A stretch of DNA of 58,687 nt, taken from the NCBI GenBank assembly GCA_032718475.1, contig JAUCBJ010004744.1:1-58687 (forward strand). The letters run 5' to 3'. The notes below the pieces were generated by a model. The model saw only the letters and a list, made by a program, of their open reading frames with translations, searched no databases and had not been told where the DNA came from. Each line of letters opens with the position of its first letter. Within the stretch, counting starts at the first letter, position 1. Positions 25,710 to 39,056 of this stretch are shown here, piece after piece. The translations under genes and the position numbers were made by a program. The DNA comes from Nemertoderma westbladi (taxonomy: Eukaryota > Animalia > Xenacoelomorpha).

Positions 25710-26907
25710 CCCTTGTTGAATGTTGATGTCTATTCAGAAACATCGCGGTAAAATACCGCGATGAAAATGGGTGGGACTCCACCTTCTTATTCTCCGCATC
25801 CCAAATCGCTGGCAGGCGGATGTCCCCTTCGATGACCCATGTCTCCTTCAACCCCCTCCGGTAGCAAGGGCAGGCCGCCCCCTTTAAACCTCGGCACAAG
25901 TTGCCCCCACACACCTTCTTCAATATCATCTAAAAAATACAATATTTATAAATGAGATTTATTATTATTCATTATTTATTTTGATTGGTATATTGCTTAT
26001 TGTTTAGGAAAGTCATTATTTTTTTTAATAAAAGCAATTCTGCTTAATTTGGTTATAAAAATATATGTAATAGAAATTGACAATCTTATCTACTATAATA
26101 TTTATTATTATTAATCTTTATTTACAAATACGAAATAATATTAACAACAACACAAACCCCGGATAAAGTCAGTCTTGGGATTTCAAGGCAGAAACCCGCC
26201 AGTTCTGCAGATTTACTTATTTCATTCAACCGAGAGGGACGCTCAGGGTAAATGGGGGCGGCCCTTAGATGTATCGGACTAAGCCGGGATACTACCGCGG
26301 GAAGATGTGTCGTCTCCCCCCCACGGTACCCCGGCTCAAGGATGGCGATGAATGTACCCACGCCGATCCCGTTCTCGAAGACCCTCTCTGAATCGGCGTG
26401 GGTCGGGAATAGCATACTAAACGTCTCATTAGAACACATATCACTAAAAATAATTATTAAAATATCCTATCATGATGTAGTAGTGTAAATTTAACTTTAG
26501 CAGGTAACCATATTTGTATTTTTAATAGGATTTAGATTGAACAACACCAAATTAGTAATATAATGTATTAATATACATAAATTAAATTGATGATTGTTTT
26601 TTAATTCATGTTATTTTTGGTAGTAATGTCACATATTGCGAATATTGAAAAAAATATTATCATTAGTATCAGTAATAGTAATAATTTTTACTTACAGTAG
26701 GAAGGCCAGAGTATGGTACGAAGACGCCCTGGCCTTCTTCGCTGGCGACTGAGAAATTAGTGCCGGTTTATTTTTCTTTGCTGCGCAGGTTACACTCTTA
26801 ATCATTTCCGCCATATGGTGGCCCTCCATGACCGGCGAGTTGTCTATGACGTCAGCAAGTGTCGCCCGCCGAGCGAATCGATCATGTACAATACCGTACT
26901 TCTCCAT
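25710..26907 (-). CDS. Uncharacterised spliced gene, at least 3 exons, with a Cys-rich CxGxLC..CPC motif
   Basis: Exons 26907-26696, 26443-26158 and 25929-25710 join in frame through GT-AG introns (phases 2 and 0); GC-rich exons and AT-rich introns; 3' end not resolved. Confidence 0.7.
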
Positions 26908-26938
26908 CTAAAATGATAAAACATAGTTTATTAGTTAT

Positions 26939-27324
26939 GGGGGCATTCATAAAGTATGTCACGCAAATTTTCCAGTTTTTTGACCTCCCCCCCCCCTCTG
27001 TCACAAAGTGTCAAGCAAGCTCGACCTCCCCCCTCCCCCCTAGACGAATAATATTTTATTTATGTAATTTAATAACAGATAGGTAGCACAATAGTGAAAC
27101 ATTTGGACTGTAGTAGTTCTAACTAAAAGCCTATATATACATACTTTATTTAGCATCTTCAAACTACAGTACTGTACATGCACAAGGCAGACTAGGCAGG
27201 TATTGAGTTTAAAGTCAAGCTAACATTTAAAGCATACCGTAGAACATCGCCGTGACCGTCACAAAAGTCATTCCCCCCCCCCCCCCCCCCCCCCTAGTGC
27301 GTGACAGAATTTATGAACGCCCCC
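26939..27324. mobile_element. MITE, PIF/Harbinger-like
   Basis: TIRs GGGGGCATTCATAAAGTATGTCACGC and GCGTGACAGAATTTATGAACGCCCCC; 3-bp TAT on both flanks; right half also present at ~48958-49067. Confidence 0.75.
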
Positions 27325-27618
27325 TATGTTATTATATTAGTGTAAAAGGATGCCAGGAGAGAGTGGATGAACTATGCTGAATTATTTAATTAATTAATAT
27401 GACCATAGCCAACAATACTCATACCGAATATATATTTATTTGTAATTATTTAATTTATTATTAATTAAGCGCTGGATCAACCCCCAGTGACTTAGAAGAG
27501 GAGAGGCTGGAATGATACGAAAATGAAGAACGAAACTCGTGAATGAAGAAGCGGAATCGGAATGCTAGAAGCGGAATGAGAATGAAAAATCGTAAGAGAA
27601 AAAGGGAGCTTCACTTAA

Positions 27619-27738
27619 TTTATACGAAAATCAGAAAATTTTCGCGAGTTACGCTGGTAGGCTATTGGTTCAAGAAACTGCATAGCTAAAATAAACGAAT
27701 GGGATCGACTTGCAATGGTCAAGATGGGATGTGATTGG
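27619..27738 (-). promoter_or_regulatory. Candidate Pol II promoter for the spliced gene (TATA box, two CCAAT boxes, E2F-like site)
   Basis: Minus-strand TATAAA at 27619-27624, CCAAT at 27664 and 27734, TTTTCGCG at ~27638; retained in the duplicate near 52786-52905. Confidence 0.35.
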
Positions 27739-28559
27739 TTCAAGAGGTATAGGTCCACCATATCACTCAATCCTCCGCTTGCGCTCACACAATGGCCCCC
27801 TACCTAAATCTCAGATACCCTCCCATTCACTGGACCAATTTTTTTCCAATTGGGACCAATTTCACCACCATATATGGTAATATTTTTGGCGTTCTATGGC
27901 AACCCCCGGTATCTATAGTATTATATATATATATCTATATACCCAGAGATTTGAGACTACATGGCATGACATGGCTGAGACAGGTCCTGCAGGTGGGGAT
28001 ATGACTAAAGGACGATATCATACGCTATGGGTATTGATATTGTGCGTCAATATAATGCCGATGTCTATATTGATGCAGATGGAAATGAAAAGCATTTTGA
28101 ACTCACCATGGTTCAATGCCAGGAGTTCATTCAAGATGATTTGCAGGCCGAGATCCCAATGTCCCAATAGTGTCTGTGTCTTGTTACTTCTTCTTCTTCT
28201 ACTACTATGTCAATGAGCAATGTACCTAAGCTTATGCAGCTATGCCAAACTTGCAACCTTCAAAACTTACCCTACCCATCTTGTTCAGACTTAAAATTAA
28301 GAGTTCTGCCTTATAAATGCAAGCTTTATCAAGGTTATTATATTTTTTTATTCTTCATCTTTTTTTGTCTTTTTATTTTAAAATGTTTTTTTACTTTTAT
28401 CTTTTGTCTTTTAACTTTTATCTATTTACTTTCGTCTTTTGACTTTGACTTTTGTGATTTGACTTTTGTCTTTTGATTTTTGTATTTTTTACGTTTTTCT
28501 TTTAAGAAGGCTTGCAAGAAGCAAGTAAGAATCCTTACAAAGTTTGCTTTTATAACTCT

Positions 28560-29020
28560 TGTAATCGAGGCTGGACAGGACACCCCCCCCCCCCCCCTAT
28601 TGAGGCTGGATAACCCACCTAATAGAGTTTAGTTAGTATGTCGCTTTAGAAAGGCAGTCTTTTTCAAGGTTATAATATTTTTTCAATTCTATTTAGGTAG
28701 GAATTTTCCTGCCGTCCCTCTGTAATATCCCGCCTATCAAGACTGGAAATCACGCCCTATTGAGGCTGGATAACCCACCTAATAGAGTTTAGTTAGTATG
28801 TTGCTTTAGAAAGGGAGTCTTTTTCAAGGTTATAATATTTTTTCAATTCTATTCAGGTAGGAATTTTCCCGCCTGGGGAAATTGTTTTATAATATTGTGC
28901 CTTGGCTTAGACTGTACCACTCTATTGCGACTGATAACTACCCTAATGAGGCTGGATAACCCTCCATAATATCCCGCCTATCAAGACTGGAAATCCCGCC
29001 CTATTGAGGCTGGACACTAT
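28560..29020. repeat. Local tandem repeats built on GAGGCTGGATAACCC; fuller ~243-bp units at 53380-53930
   Basis: CTATTGAGGCTGGATAACCCACCTAATAGAG recurs in both duplicated blocks. Confidence 0.85.
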
Positions 29021-29564
29021 CCCGTCAGGAAGAAATTTTATTGTGGTTTTTATGTTGCCTTGTAAAGGCTGTTAATATTTTCCATGTTTGGTTCTCCTTG
29101 ATTGTTGTTTGTTTTTGTTTTTTGTGTTTATTTGCATTTTTGTTCATTTGTCTGTATTATGATTATCACATGCATGATGCTATGATGATAACATCGGAGA
29201 GAAATAGCTTGGCTGGTATGTTTGGAAGTGAATAGATTGCCTTGGTTGTATTTCCTTCAATTCACTGTAACTGCACCATGGTTGGGACACACTCGGTATG
29301 AAGGTAAGGCCTAATTATTGGTCGGAAAATAAATACGATAACTACTGACTTAAGAATTCATATAATTATACATTATATGAAGACAAATGAAATAATTGCT
29401 ACTGTTTGTATTTAAGAAAAGTGATGTTTTTATTCTACAGATGACTATATTGCATAGCCTTTATCAAATCTATTTTTTATTATTCTTATTTGAATTTGTT
29501 TACATAGAATATCGTAATTCTTAGTTTGTTGTTAAGGTAACCTAGACTTAATATAATAAAGTTT

Positions 29565-30469
29565 TTATTGTTGAATGTAGTCATGGAAGGAGTTCAAGCC
29601 CTTTAGATTAGTGAGCAGCATACCAATCCAAAATCGTTCTGATTTTCTTAGTTTCTTTATTGTTTCTACGCAGTTATCCCTTCTTGGTAATTGATCGATC
29701 AAAATAAATTTCAAGTTTTTGGAGGATTTGTTGTGTTTTTCGATGAGATGTACGCCGATATTGCAACTTTTCACACCTTTTTTTATATGAGATTTATAAT
29801 TTCCAAGCCTCTTCTTGAAATTGATTGTTGAGCCAACACCCTGTAAATTGCATTCTATGCAGATAGCTAAATATACTACATTTTCCGAGTAACAGTTTAA
29901 TCGTTTGTTTATTTTAAAAGTCTTGCCTGTAGCTACACATTTGAAATGGTTGGTGTCAATTAAGTAATTTTCACAACAGTCACACTTTTTAGCGCTACAA
30001 TTGTAACAACCAGGATTATCAATGCATGATAATTGTTTATATGGATTGGATGGTGCTAGAAGTTCTTTTAGGTTTGGGTTTCTTTTATATGCAACAATTA
30101 TTTCGTTTTGAGGTAGTATTTTCCTTGCCATTTCGTTTGACTCTAATATACCATAATGTTTATTGATAAGTCTTTTAAAGTTTGGAGCCATTGGGTTATA
30201 CGTTGTTACTAAAACTGTTGGATTTTTAATACTTTTGTTTTTTCCTTTATAATTTCTTGCTTCCAATCTTTGCATGTTCCTAACTTCTTCAAAGACTGTA
30301 TTTACATGATCTGCATTATGTCCACACTTAATTAGGTGGTTCTTGTACACGTTACCTTGAGTCACATAGTCTTTATCTTTTGTGTTAATTCTTTTCAACC
30401 TTAAGGCCACTCCTTTAGGAATTCCGTTGATTTGGCATTTAGGGTGGGCAGATTTACTATTTAAAGTTA
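29565..30469 (-). mobile_element. 5'-truncated Penelope-like element: thumb, Cys-rich linker and GIY-YIG endonuclease
   Basis: SAHP..IPKGVALRL, CYNCSAKKCDCC, NVVYLAIC..CNLQGVGST..RLGNYKS, E.FWI..L.T..GLN; homology to the longer copy ends at ~30469. Confidence 0.9.
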
Positions 30470-32095
30470 GATTACAAGTTTTTTGGAAGATACTATGAAG
30501 TTGGACATACATAATATGAGAGATTGTCGAAAAATATCAAAAGTAATCCTCTTGGGGTATTATTTTACCCCACGTTACCGGGGGAGGGTTAAAAGATAAT
30601 TTCGACCAGTTCTCCAAGCCAAAATAATATATTTTCCTTCTCAGCTAATTTGTTGGAGCCATTTTCGGATAGGAAAGTGACTCAAGGGTCATAAAATCCA
30701 CAAGGTTGACTTTTGGGCAGCAACTAAGAAATTTAAATAACACTTAATTCGAAGATCTGCCAAAATGTTGTTATCAGATTTTGATAAACGATACAAAGCG
30801 AAAGAAAGATAAACTACCAACCTACTACAGGCAGCAGGTAGTTGGGAAAAGAGGAAGGACTGTGCCAGCACTAATTACTAAAGGTATGATTCGTACCATC
30901 AGAATTCGTACCATCTTTATGAGTTCCTTTTGCTCAGCTCGAACTGAGCAATCCATTAGTCCGCTTATAACCTTTGCCGCTTTAGTGGCTCCTGCCTTGT
31001 TAACCGCTGCGACCTGCGTCTTTGCAGTGTCCTTCCCGAGCACGCGCCGCCCCCCCTTCTTTCCGACCGAGTTATTGTTTAGTCTCTTAAGATTGACTTT
31101 CCCTCTATGGGAGCTCAGGGCTTTAAGTTTATAAACAAGACCGAGATTCTTCTGATCTTGTTGATACTAAATAATAATGTTGCATTGTAGATGCAAGCCT
31201 TGCGTGATTTAATACTGAAATGGTTTGTAAGTGGTTTATTCAGTATGTAATAAAATAATTAATGTTTTCTTTTTTTTTATTCTTTAATTATTTTGATATG
31301 TATTTATTAGGGTGTTATATATTTTTTCAATTTGTTATGATATTGCCACTCCTCATATCCCGAATTTTTTAATTTGGCGCCCTTCACAAATCAGTGTCTT
31401 ATGGCACTTGCCTCCACCCCCCTCTGTCAATATTCAACCACGACGCAGTCAGGGCGAGCCTTAGCGCACAATTATAATCAGTAATAGTCGGTAAAAAATT
31501 TAATGTCGGTCTGTAATGAAAAATTCATTCGTAAATAAGTTGATTCAGATAAGTCAGAAGATTAGTCAGTATGTGATGAATACAATACTCCAGGCTACTG
31601 ATGATAAGAGAGATGCCCAAAAGGCTCTTCTTATATCTAAAGAATGGGGTTAATGCCACTCATTGTTCGGTGAAGCAAAGATGTATGTATGCCTCACATG
31701 TCCTTCAAAAAATGGAGGATGATATTGAGTTGAGTTTACATTGTGATTGATACTACTGACCAGCATTTCTTCCATAAGGATTCTTAACTAAAACCACATA
31801 TGGTAGACAATCCTGAATCTGAAATTAAAAGGGCGAATCTTTATATCTATGTAAAGAAGGGATGCTATAACATAACTGAGATCCAGCGTAATAAATTTCT
31901 TGCAAATTTTGCTGATCAAAGTAAAGTGAAGTATGCCAAGCATGTTGTAGTATTCCTCTGTAGAGAAAATCTTAAGGAGGATAATGGAGAATGCTTTATT
32001 CTAATTAAAAAAATATTTTTTTTCGAACATATCCAAGAGTTACAATGCTATTAAAAAAAACTAGTAAAAAAACTATTGTTTTTTTTCAGTTTATA

Positions 32096-33681
32096 CAGTC
32101 GGGGTCTCAAAGTGCATCTGTTCTTTGAGATTTTCTCAAAGTTTTTCTAAAAGTGTCTAAAAGTCATTACATTACTCCCAACGGCCGCTTTGAATTCTTG
32201 TAGACACTTTTAGTTGGGAATCTCAAAGTGATTTCCTGCTTTTAGGCACTTTGAATTCTTTGAGAAATGTCACGTTTAGGTAGTTAGCGGCACTTTGAAT
32301 TCTTTGAGAAAATAAACTCCGAGGTATTCGTGATTGACAGCTCGTGGTAAGTTAACTGAGAGGCAGAGGCATTCTCGGGGAACAATATCATGCCGGCAAC
32401 AAAGTGATACCTGTGGGCTGGCCAGTTATTGCCTAGAAGCTATTCCCATTAATTTATCACATTGAGATTCCTAAGGTGATTATGGGATGGGTTTTCGGTC
32501 GTATGTACAAATTGAATTTACGGCGCCCTTTGACAAGCATTCTACGCCCCTCCCCCCCCCCCCCCACCCACCCTCTCCTCTATTTGGAAATAAAGACCTT
32601 TTATAAAAGTCTTTCTAAAAAACATTCTTAAAAATGAAATAATACATGAAACATAATTAGTGAAACAAGATTAATGCTTGACAAGATTGATTAATTTTAT
32701 AATAACATAATACAATATAATATAAACAATTAATATAAGAGAAACTGCACTGCAGTTTCTCTGTGTATACGCAGTTTCATTATAATGACCTAAAGAAGCC
32801 CTGTTGGGAGAAACCTTGTAATAACTTTTGTTATTCATTTCATTAGTCACCTGAGGTCAACCCGTACTACCTTAACTGTTTAGGCAAAGCAGCACCCAGT
32901 TTAAACTATCAATCACAGATAGCGAGTAGCGTAGCGAGCCACAGGCGGCGACCTTCAAACAAACAGGTGCAGAGCCGGAAAGAACTGTGTCGTAGGCTTT
33001 GCTTTGGCTTGTGGTACCATTTGATTACATTATTTAAACAGTACGATACATTAATATAGATAGGGCAACAGACAAACTGTTTAAGACACAAATACCAACA
33101 CATTACGATAGCCCCCAATTATGGCGACTCTAAAGAGTCAAAATATAAATTAATAAAACCTCTCTGAAACCATAAAAATACCTACAAAAAAATACTGCAG
33201 AAATAAATATTAGTTATTGCAGTAACATATAATAATTACTGCTGTAACAAATATTTATTACTGCAGCAACAAATATTTATTACTGCAGTAATCAATATTA
33301 ATAAATTAATAAATAATTGAATAAGAATTTCTACTGCGGTAACAAATTATTTGTTACTGCAGAAAAATAAAATTTTTTATTACTGCAGTAATAATTAATT
33401 CTTACTTTCACTGACAAATATTTATTACTGCAGTATTTTTAGGTGGCATATTTATTGTTTTATAGAGGTTTTTATTTCTTATATTTTACCCTATAGTCAA
33501 AGTCAATATATACCCCATACCATAGCCAGCTTCAGGCAGGACTGTATGAAATGACTGACAGTACTACTTTGAAATCTTTGAGGACACTTTGTCATTTTCT
33601 TGGACCACTTTTAGAAATTTGAGACACTTTTAGTTCTTTGAGAAAATCTCAAAGAACAGATGCACTTTGAGACCCCGACTG
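32096..33681. mobile_element. Non-autonomous TIR DNA transposon with TA target duplication
   Basis: 46-bp TIR CAGTCGGGGTCTCAAAGTGCATCTGTTCTTTGAGATTTTCTCAAAG at both ends; the empty site at ~40805-40816 has one TA fewer. Confidence 0.95.
33128..33497. mobile_element. Nested degenerate foldback element or MITE with internal TACTGCAG repeats
   Basis: Imperfect inverted arms (AAAATATAA..AAAACCTCT..AAAAATACTGCAG) inside the 32096-33681 element. Confidence 0.6.
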
Positions 33682-33899
33682 TATATATCGAGCAAAATAC
33701 CACAACCAGTGTCCAACTAAAAGTAGTAATAAATTAAAACTATTAAAACTTAAAACAAAATGAATCATTCTACCAGTCGTACCATTGTACAACCAGTCCT
33801 TTCATTATCAGATATTGCAGCTGAGTTTTAGTGAGGAATCGGTTAGTATCTGAAGTGACTGTTAAAATATAATCTAGACATTTCAGTTTCATCTCTAAT

Positions 33900-34606
33900 T
33901 TATCTTCCTTCGGGTTTCCATTCATTTGGGTGTGTACATCGAAAGTTACACAGACAGTTAACCTTTGTGAGCTCTCCTGTTGTTTCACTACTGACCCCGA
34001 CTTCCAGACTATCACTTTCACGTTTCTTTGTTGTCCCGATGTCTCTATGTTCCTTCACCCATTGCAATATTACATGATACCGAGTTCGATGCATTTGGGG
34101 CCCACAAATATCATGTAGATAACGATAGAACCCTTCTTCATCCCCATTGAAGTCAATGAAGCGATTAACGAGCTGATAAGCATATTTAATTCGCTTTGTT
34201 CCCAGCCGCTTGGAGAATGCTTCACCAATCTCGGGAACCTCTATGACCTTTGTTCCCAGCCGCTTGGAGAATGCTTCACCAATCTCGGGAACCTCTATGA
34301 CCTTTGTACCCAGCCGCTTGGAGAATGCTTCACCAATCTCGGGAACCTCTATGACCTTTGTTCCCAGCCGCTTGGAGAATGCTTCACCAATCTCGGGAAC
34401 CTCTATGACCTTTGTTCCCAGCCGCTTGGAGAATGCTTCACCAATCTCGGGAACCTCTATGACCTTTGTTCCCAGCCGCTTGGAGAATGCTTCACCAATC
34501 TCGGGAACCTCTATGACCTTTGTTCCCAGCCACTTGGAGAATGCTTCACCAATCTCGGGAACCTCTATGACCTTTGTTTCCAGCTGCTTGGAGAATGCTT
34601 CACCAA
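33900..34606 (-). pseudogene. BAF-like gene copy 2: open frame through ~7.6 HhH repeats, the BAF core and a C-terminal tail; 5' end replaced by satellite
   Basis: KVIEVPEIGEAFSKRLGTKRIKYAYQLVNRFIDFNGDEEGFYRYLHDICG..LQW aligns without gaps to human BAF I26-G68. Confidence 0.8.
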
Positions 34607-34610
34607 GTTT

Positions 34611-34960
34611 GGAATTAATGTTACCCTTAAATAAGAGTGACTATAATGTTGCTTAGGAATTAATGTCACCCTTAAATAAGAGTGACTATAATGTTGTTTA
34701 GGAATTAATGTCACCCTTAAATAAGAGTGACTATAATGTTGTTTAAAGGAATTAATGTCACCCTTAAATAAGGGTGACGATAATGTTGTTTAGGAATTAA
34801 GAGGTCCCTTAATAAGGATGATCTTATGTTGTGTATGAATTTAGGTCTCTCTTAAAATAATAAGGGAGTCAATAAATTTTGTATAATGAATAATGTGTTC
34901 TTTGTAAGGGTGGCAATAATGTTGTTTAAATTAAAGTCACCCTTAATAAGGGTGAATTTA
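34611..34960. repeat. 45-bp tandem repeat with an internal hairpin
   Basis: Unit GGAATTAATGTCACCCTTAAATAAGAGTGACTATAATGTTGTTTA, decaying rightwards. Confidence 0.9.
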
Positions 34961-35896
34961 ATGTTAAAGAATATTAAAACCAAATGTATGCCATATACTA
35001 TGTAGGCCTACCGGTATTTCTTGTTAAATTTTTTTTAAAATAATTTTTTTTAAACATTTTAGCCTTATTGATATTAGGCCAACATTTAGTAGTTTTGAGA
35101 CACTAACAACACAATTTAGGCCTAGCTGTTTTCAATGATACCAAATTGTGAATTTGTAGAAATGCCCAAACACAATTTGTCAGCTGCACAATAGGCTCTC
35201 CTACCAGTATACTGTCCTACTGGACAGTATACTGGTATATATGGGTACCAAGCTTGCACTGAAAGACGCACACACCAAGTAATTAAATTCATACCAATAA
35301 ATTGATGTAGGCCTACAATAGGCCTACTGTAATGAATAGTGCATTATTTTTTTATAATATTATTATTTCAGTATTTATTAATGTAAGAACCGGTACAGTA
35401 CTGGTAGCCTATATAATTAACTCACAGGCCTACTTAATACATAGGTATTATGTAGGCCTATCTGCCTATACCAACATACAGACAATAATAATAGGCCTAG
35501 TTGAAATAAATGTATAAATTTCCAGCACCAGTATTACAGCACAGCAGCAGGTATAGTGAAATGAAAAAAATACATTTAATATTGAAAAAGAAACAGGAGC
35601 AAAGCCATCAAAATTTTTAATTTGAACAATGCCTAAATGAAAAATTTAACAATGCAAAATGGAAAAGAAATGCAAGCATACCAGTACCAGGTAACAATTT
35701 TTATTGCAAAATATTTGGGTCTGTCTAAACACCAAAATCACAACAAATCACACCAAATCACCAGATAGGGAGGGGGGGGGGGGGGGGGGGGGGCTGGACG
35801 CAATAAAAATCCATCCATCTCTAGACGAAATTGGATGCAAATAACAGATGATTACTTTCAAAAATAAAACTGTAACCTGTTATATTGTGTTTAGTT

Positions 35897-36650
35897 CGCA
35901 ATGTCAGTTCTTGTACTATGGGTTACGGTCTCGTCATCTGTGACTTCACGCCTAACTCTGCCCTCAGACTGAATAAGTTCTGACTTGTCAGTTGCTGAGA
36001 AGGTCATATGCTTATCCACGATATAGTCAGATGGCACTTGGACCAAGCACTAATCCCAATCAGACTCAGCAATCTCGTCGTCAAAGGTGTAGGCACATGA
36101 TCCAACATACTGATCAGCCAGAGGTAGTGTCGCAGCGTAATCCACTGTTCTTAAAGAAGACCTTGAGATCTTTTCCTTTACTCTTCTTGATCTCATGATG
36201 GATCTCTCCTGCTCCGATCGCGGCAAGAGTTTCGCAAGTGATAATGAAATCAGGTTCTCTAATCACTGCGACCCCAACCGCCATGAAGGCAAGAAATCCA
36301 ATAAGAAAGAGAGCGGAACGCCTTCTGGCTACCAACATACCTGTGATGGAATCCCTGATCAAACGCAAGCCTGCATTGGGCAAGCTAACAATAAACTGCA
36401 AGATCCATGTCACGTAGTTGATGCTTTTTCCTTTCTTCTCTTTCTTCTTTTTATTTTTGGAATCAATCCCCTTGCCGGGGGGCTTGTTTCCAAAGGCGCC
36501 CTTTGAAATAGACAATTTTGGCGCTGGAACAGGAATACCTGTTCCTTTAAATGCGCCCTTTCTGGGCGCTGGAACAGGAATACCTGTTCCTTTCTTCTTT
36601 TGTTGTTCTTTTGCACTCGGCATCATCCACGTTCGTTGTCCAAATTCCAT
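35897..36650 (-). pseudogene. Putative flavivirus-like endogenous viral element (capsid-anchor-prM), disrupted
   Basis: Lys-rich N-terminus, then RRR/S, a hydrophobic signal-like stretch and a Cys-containing region; after a frameshift near 36130 and one stop, an RVRR furin-type site at ~35949-35960. Confidence 0.5.
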
Positions 36651-39056
36651 CCGTCCATTTGTTGTGTATGCGTATCTCCTTCTGGCTCTAGGAATTGCTT
36701 TTTACATATAGTGTCACTTAAATTTTGGCTACCAATTAAAGTCATCCCAAAATTGATGAAAATATGGATAGTTCTGTACTCGAATCTGGACCAAACTGAA
36801 TCGAACTTGATTGAAAGAGTGGCGAACTGGACTGAACTGGACCGCCAAATGAATGATAATCTAAAAACAACCATCCATGCAAACAGGTGAAAATTAATAT
36901 TGAATTTCATTTGGTCTTTCATACATTATAAATTTAGTTGCTTATAAGATGTTGCTAAATTAAGATTATTTACTTCACATAAAACACTGCTGTACTGCTT
37001 TTACGAGTAGGCCTACCGGTAGCAGGTATCTGGGTTTATAGATTGCAGTATTTTGCGTACTGGTAGTTGTGTTCAATGCAGCAATGAAAGCAGTAATGTT
37101 TGATTATATTTTCTACACTGGGAACACGGGGTCAGTCGGATCATAATGCGGGCCGCTGCCGAGTTTCTTACTCTGAGCACGGATTGTGGCAGACTTACGT
37201 TGACGTCGACGAGGCATGCGATGCGATCTGGGTTTAGCGGCGGACTGGATCGCCTTGGGGGAGGGCTGAATGGCTGCGTCTGACAGACATGTATCGCACC
37301 AGATAACAGGATTACATTCTCTGCGGCGCGAAAGTGGGAGTCCAATTCCAATTCATTATCGAATTGGGTTGGAAGCTGCGGCCTGCAGGACCGGGAATTC
37401 TACGGGTACAAGGATAATCCATAGTGGTCGGCAATTACGAACAGATAAACCCCCTTTTTTTTTATTCTTTAATTATTTTGATATGTATTTATTAGGGTTT
37501 TATATATTTTTTCAATTTGTTATGATATTGCCACTCCTCATAACCCGAATTTTTTAATTTGGCGCCCTTCACAAATCAGTGTCTTGTGGCACTTGCCTCC
37601 ACCCCCCCTCCCCCCCCCCCCACTAGGATCGGCATGCTGCATTGCAGCTGCATTTTTAAGAATACTGTGCCGGCTGTGCCCCCCCCCCCCCCCAGGTACG
37701 GCTCTGAGAACATACAGTACGGTAGGAATGTCAATATTCAGCCACGACGCAGTCAGGGCGAGCCTTAGCGCACAATTATAATCAGTAATAGTCGGTAAAT
37801 AATTTAATGTCGGTCTGTAATGAAAAATTCATTCGTAAATAAGTTGATTCAGATAAGTCAGAAGATTAGTCAGTATGTGATGAATACAATACTCCAGGCT
37901 ACTGATGATTCAGGCTACTGATGAGGCTCTTCTTATATCTAAAGAATGGGGTTAATGCCACTCACTGTTCGGTGAAGCAAAGATGTATGTATGCCTCACA
38001 CGTCCTTCAAAAAATGGAGGATGATATTGAGTTGAGTTTACATTATGATACTACTGACCAGCATTTCTTCCATAAGGATTCTTAACTAAAACCACATATG
38101 GTAGACAATCCTGAATCTGAAATTAAAAGGGCGAACCGAACCAGTTAGTTACCAGATTAGTTGGCTCACTATTACTCTCTGTCTCTCATATCCAACGAAT
38201 TGTATGATATGCATTCCAGTCTGGGCCAACGATCTGGATCCCACCTGCTTATCTTTTCCTTCCCCATTTTGCCCAAAGTTAGGCTCACCAGCACATAAAT
38301 TACACAAAAAACACAAACAGCAATGAACCCCTGCCCCCCCCCCCCCCCCCCCAATTAACCAGAAACAGGGTCCATGACTTCTTATATAATATAGTAAGGT
38401 CGTTTCCTCCCTGTAGGTGGGCCAGAAGGTACTAGCACTGGTTCCTCCAGGGCTGGGACAAGACAATATCTTCTTCATTGGGAGCTAAATTCTCCCTGGC
38501 TGAATAAAACGATTCAGACGACGTTTTGGTTGACATACTTGATTTATTTGAACAATCAAAATATTTAAAATATAAGTTCTGATTTGCTATTGGGCTATCC
38601 ATTCGTGCTTTGAATGCTCAAGGTTTTTGTTCCCAGACTTGGTCCTGGATTCTGTTTAACTGGGAGTTAGCTGAGATTGCACTTCGGAAATTAGACTCTA
38701 TTATGCAATTGTGTGGACCAATCATGGCCCTGCAACAAAGAAAGTAATTGAGACTTATAATAAGGGTGAAGGAAATTGTTCATTCATGCCTAGCCTGGAA
38801 ACAAAAATGTGCAAAGGGGAGATTCTGAAGATAGGGCGGCCTAACTCGACTAGGCCCGAGGGCTGGTTGCATATGTTTGAGTTAATCTTGTGTCCGTCAT
38901 CTGGTGTCATGATGACACGCAAGCGCTAACTTACAATTTGTCACCAGTATAGGACCTATCTTATATATATACACCCTAGGGCTACTTGGTTATCTTTAAG
39001 GGGAATGTATCATTCCAGGTTCAAAAGATTGAATTTATTTTTTAATTGATTCTAAA

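Larger units (their letters stand above)
25779..30469. repeat. Block duplicated at ~48008-56057 (spliced gene, promoter-like region, local repeats, Penelope 3' end)
   Basis: Colinear near-identity apart from copy-specific insertions and deletions. Confidence 0.93.
30914..35896. repeat. Block duplicated at ~39623-46189 (orphan ORF, BAF-like gene, 45-bp satellite); a third partial copy at ~37455-38135
   Basis: Colinear near-identity with reciprocal TIR-element insertions. Confidence 0.93.

Noticed and set aside
30470-30592. piggyBac-like element ending AGGG-TTAA
   Set aside because: Only one candidate terminus; no matching TIR found
32785-32825. Hammerhead-like CTAAAGA-stem-GAAAC
   Set aside because: The core should be CTGANGA and stem I cannot be formed; at most a decayed relic
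34210-34656. Plus-strand ENASPISGTSMTFVPSRL repeat ORFs (also 22492 and 41339)
   Set aside because: Antisense shadow of the BAF-like frame; only the minus frame continues into a recognisable domain
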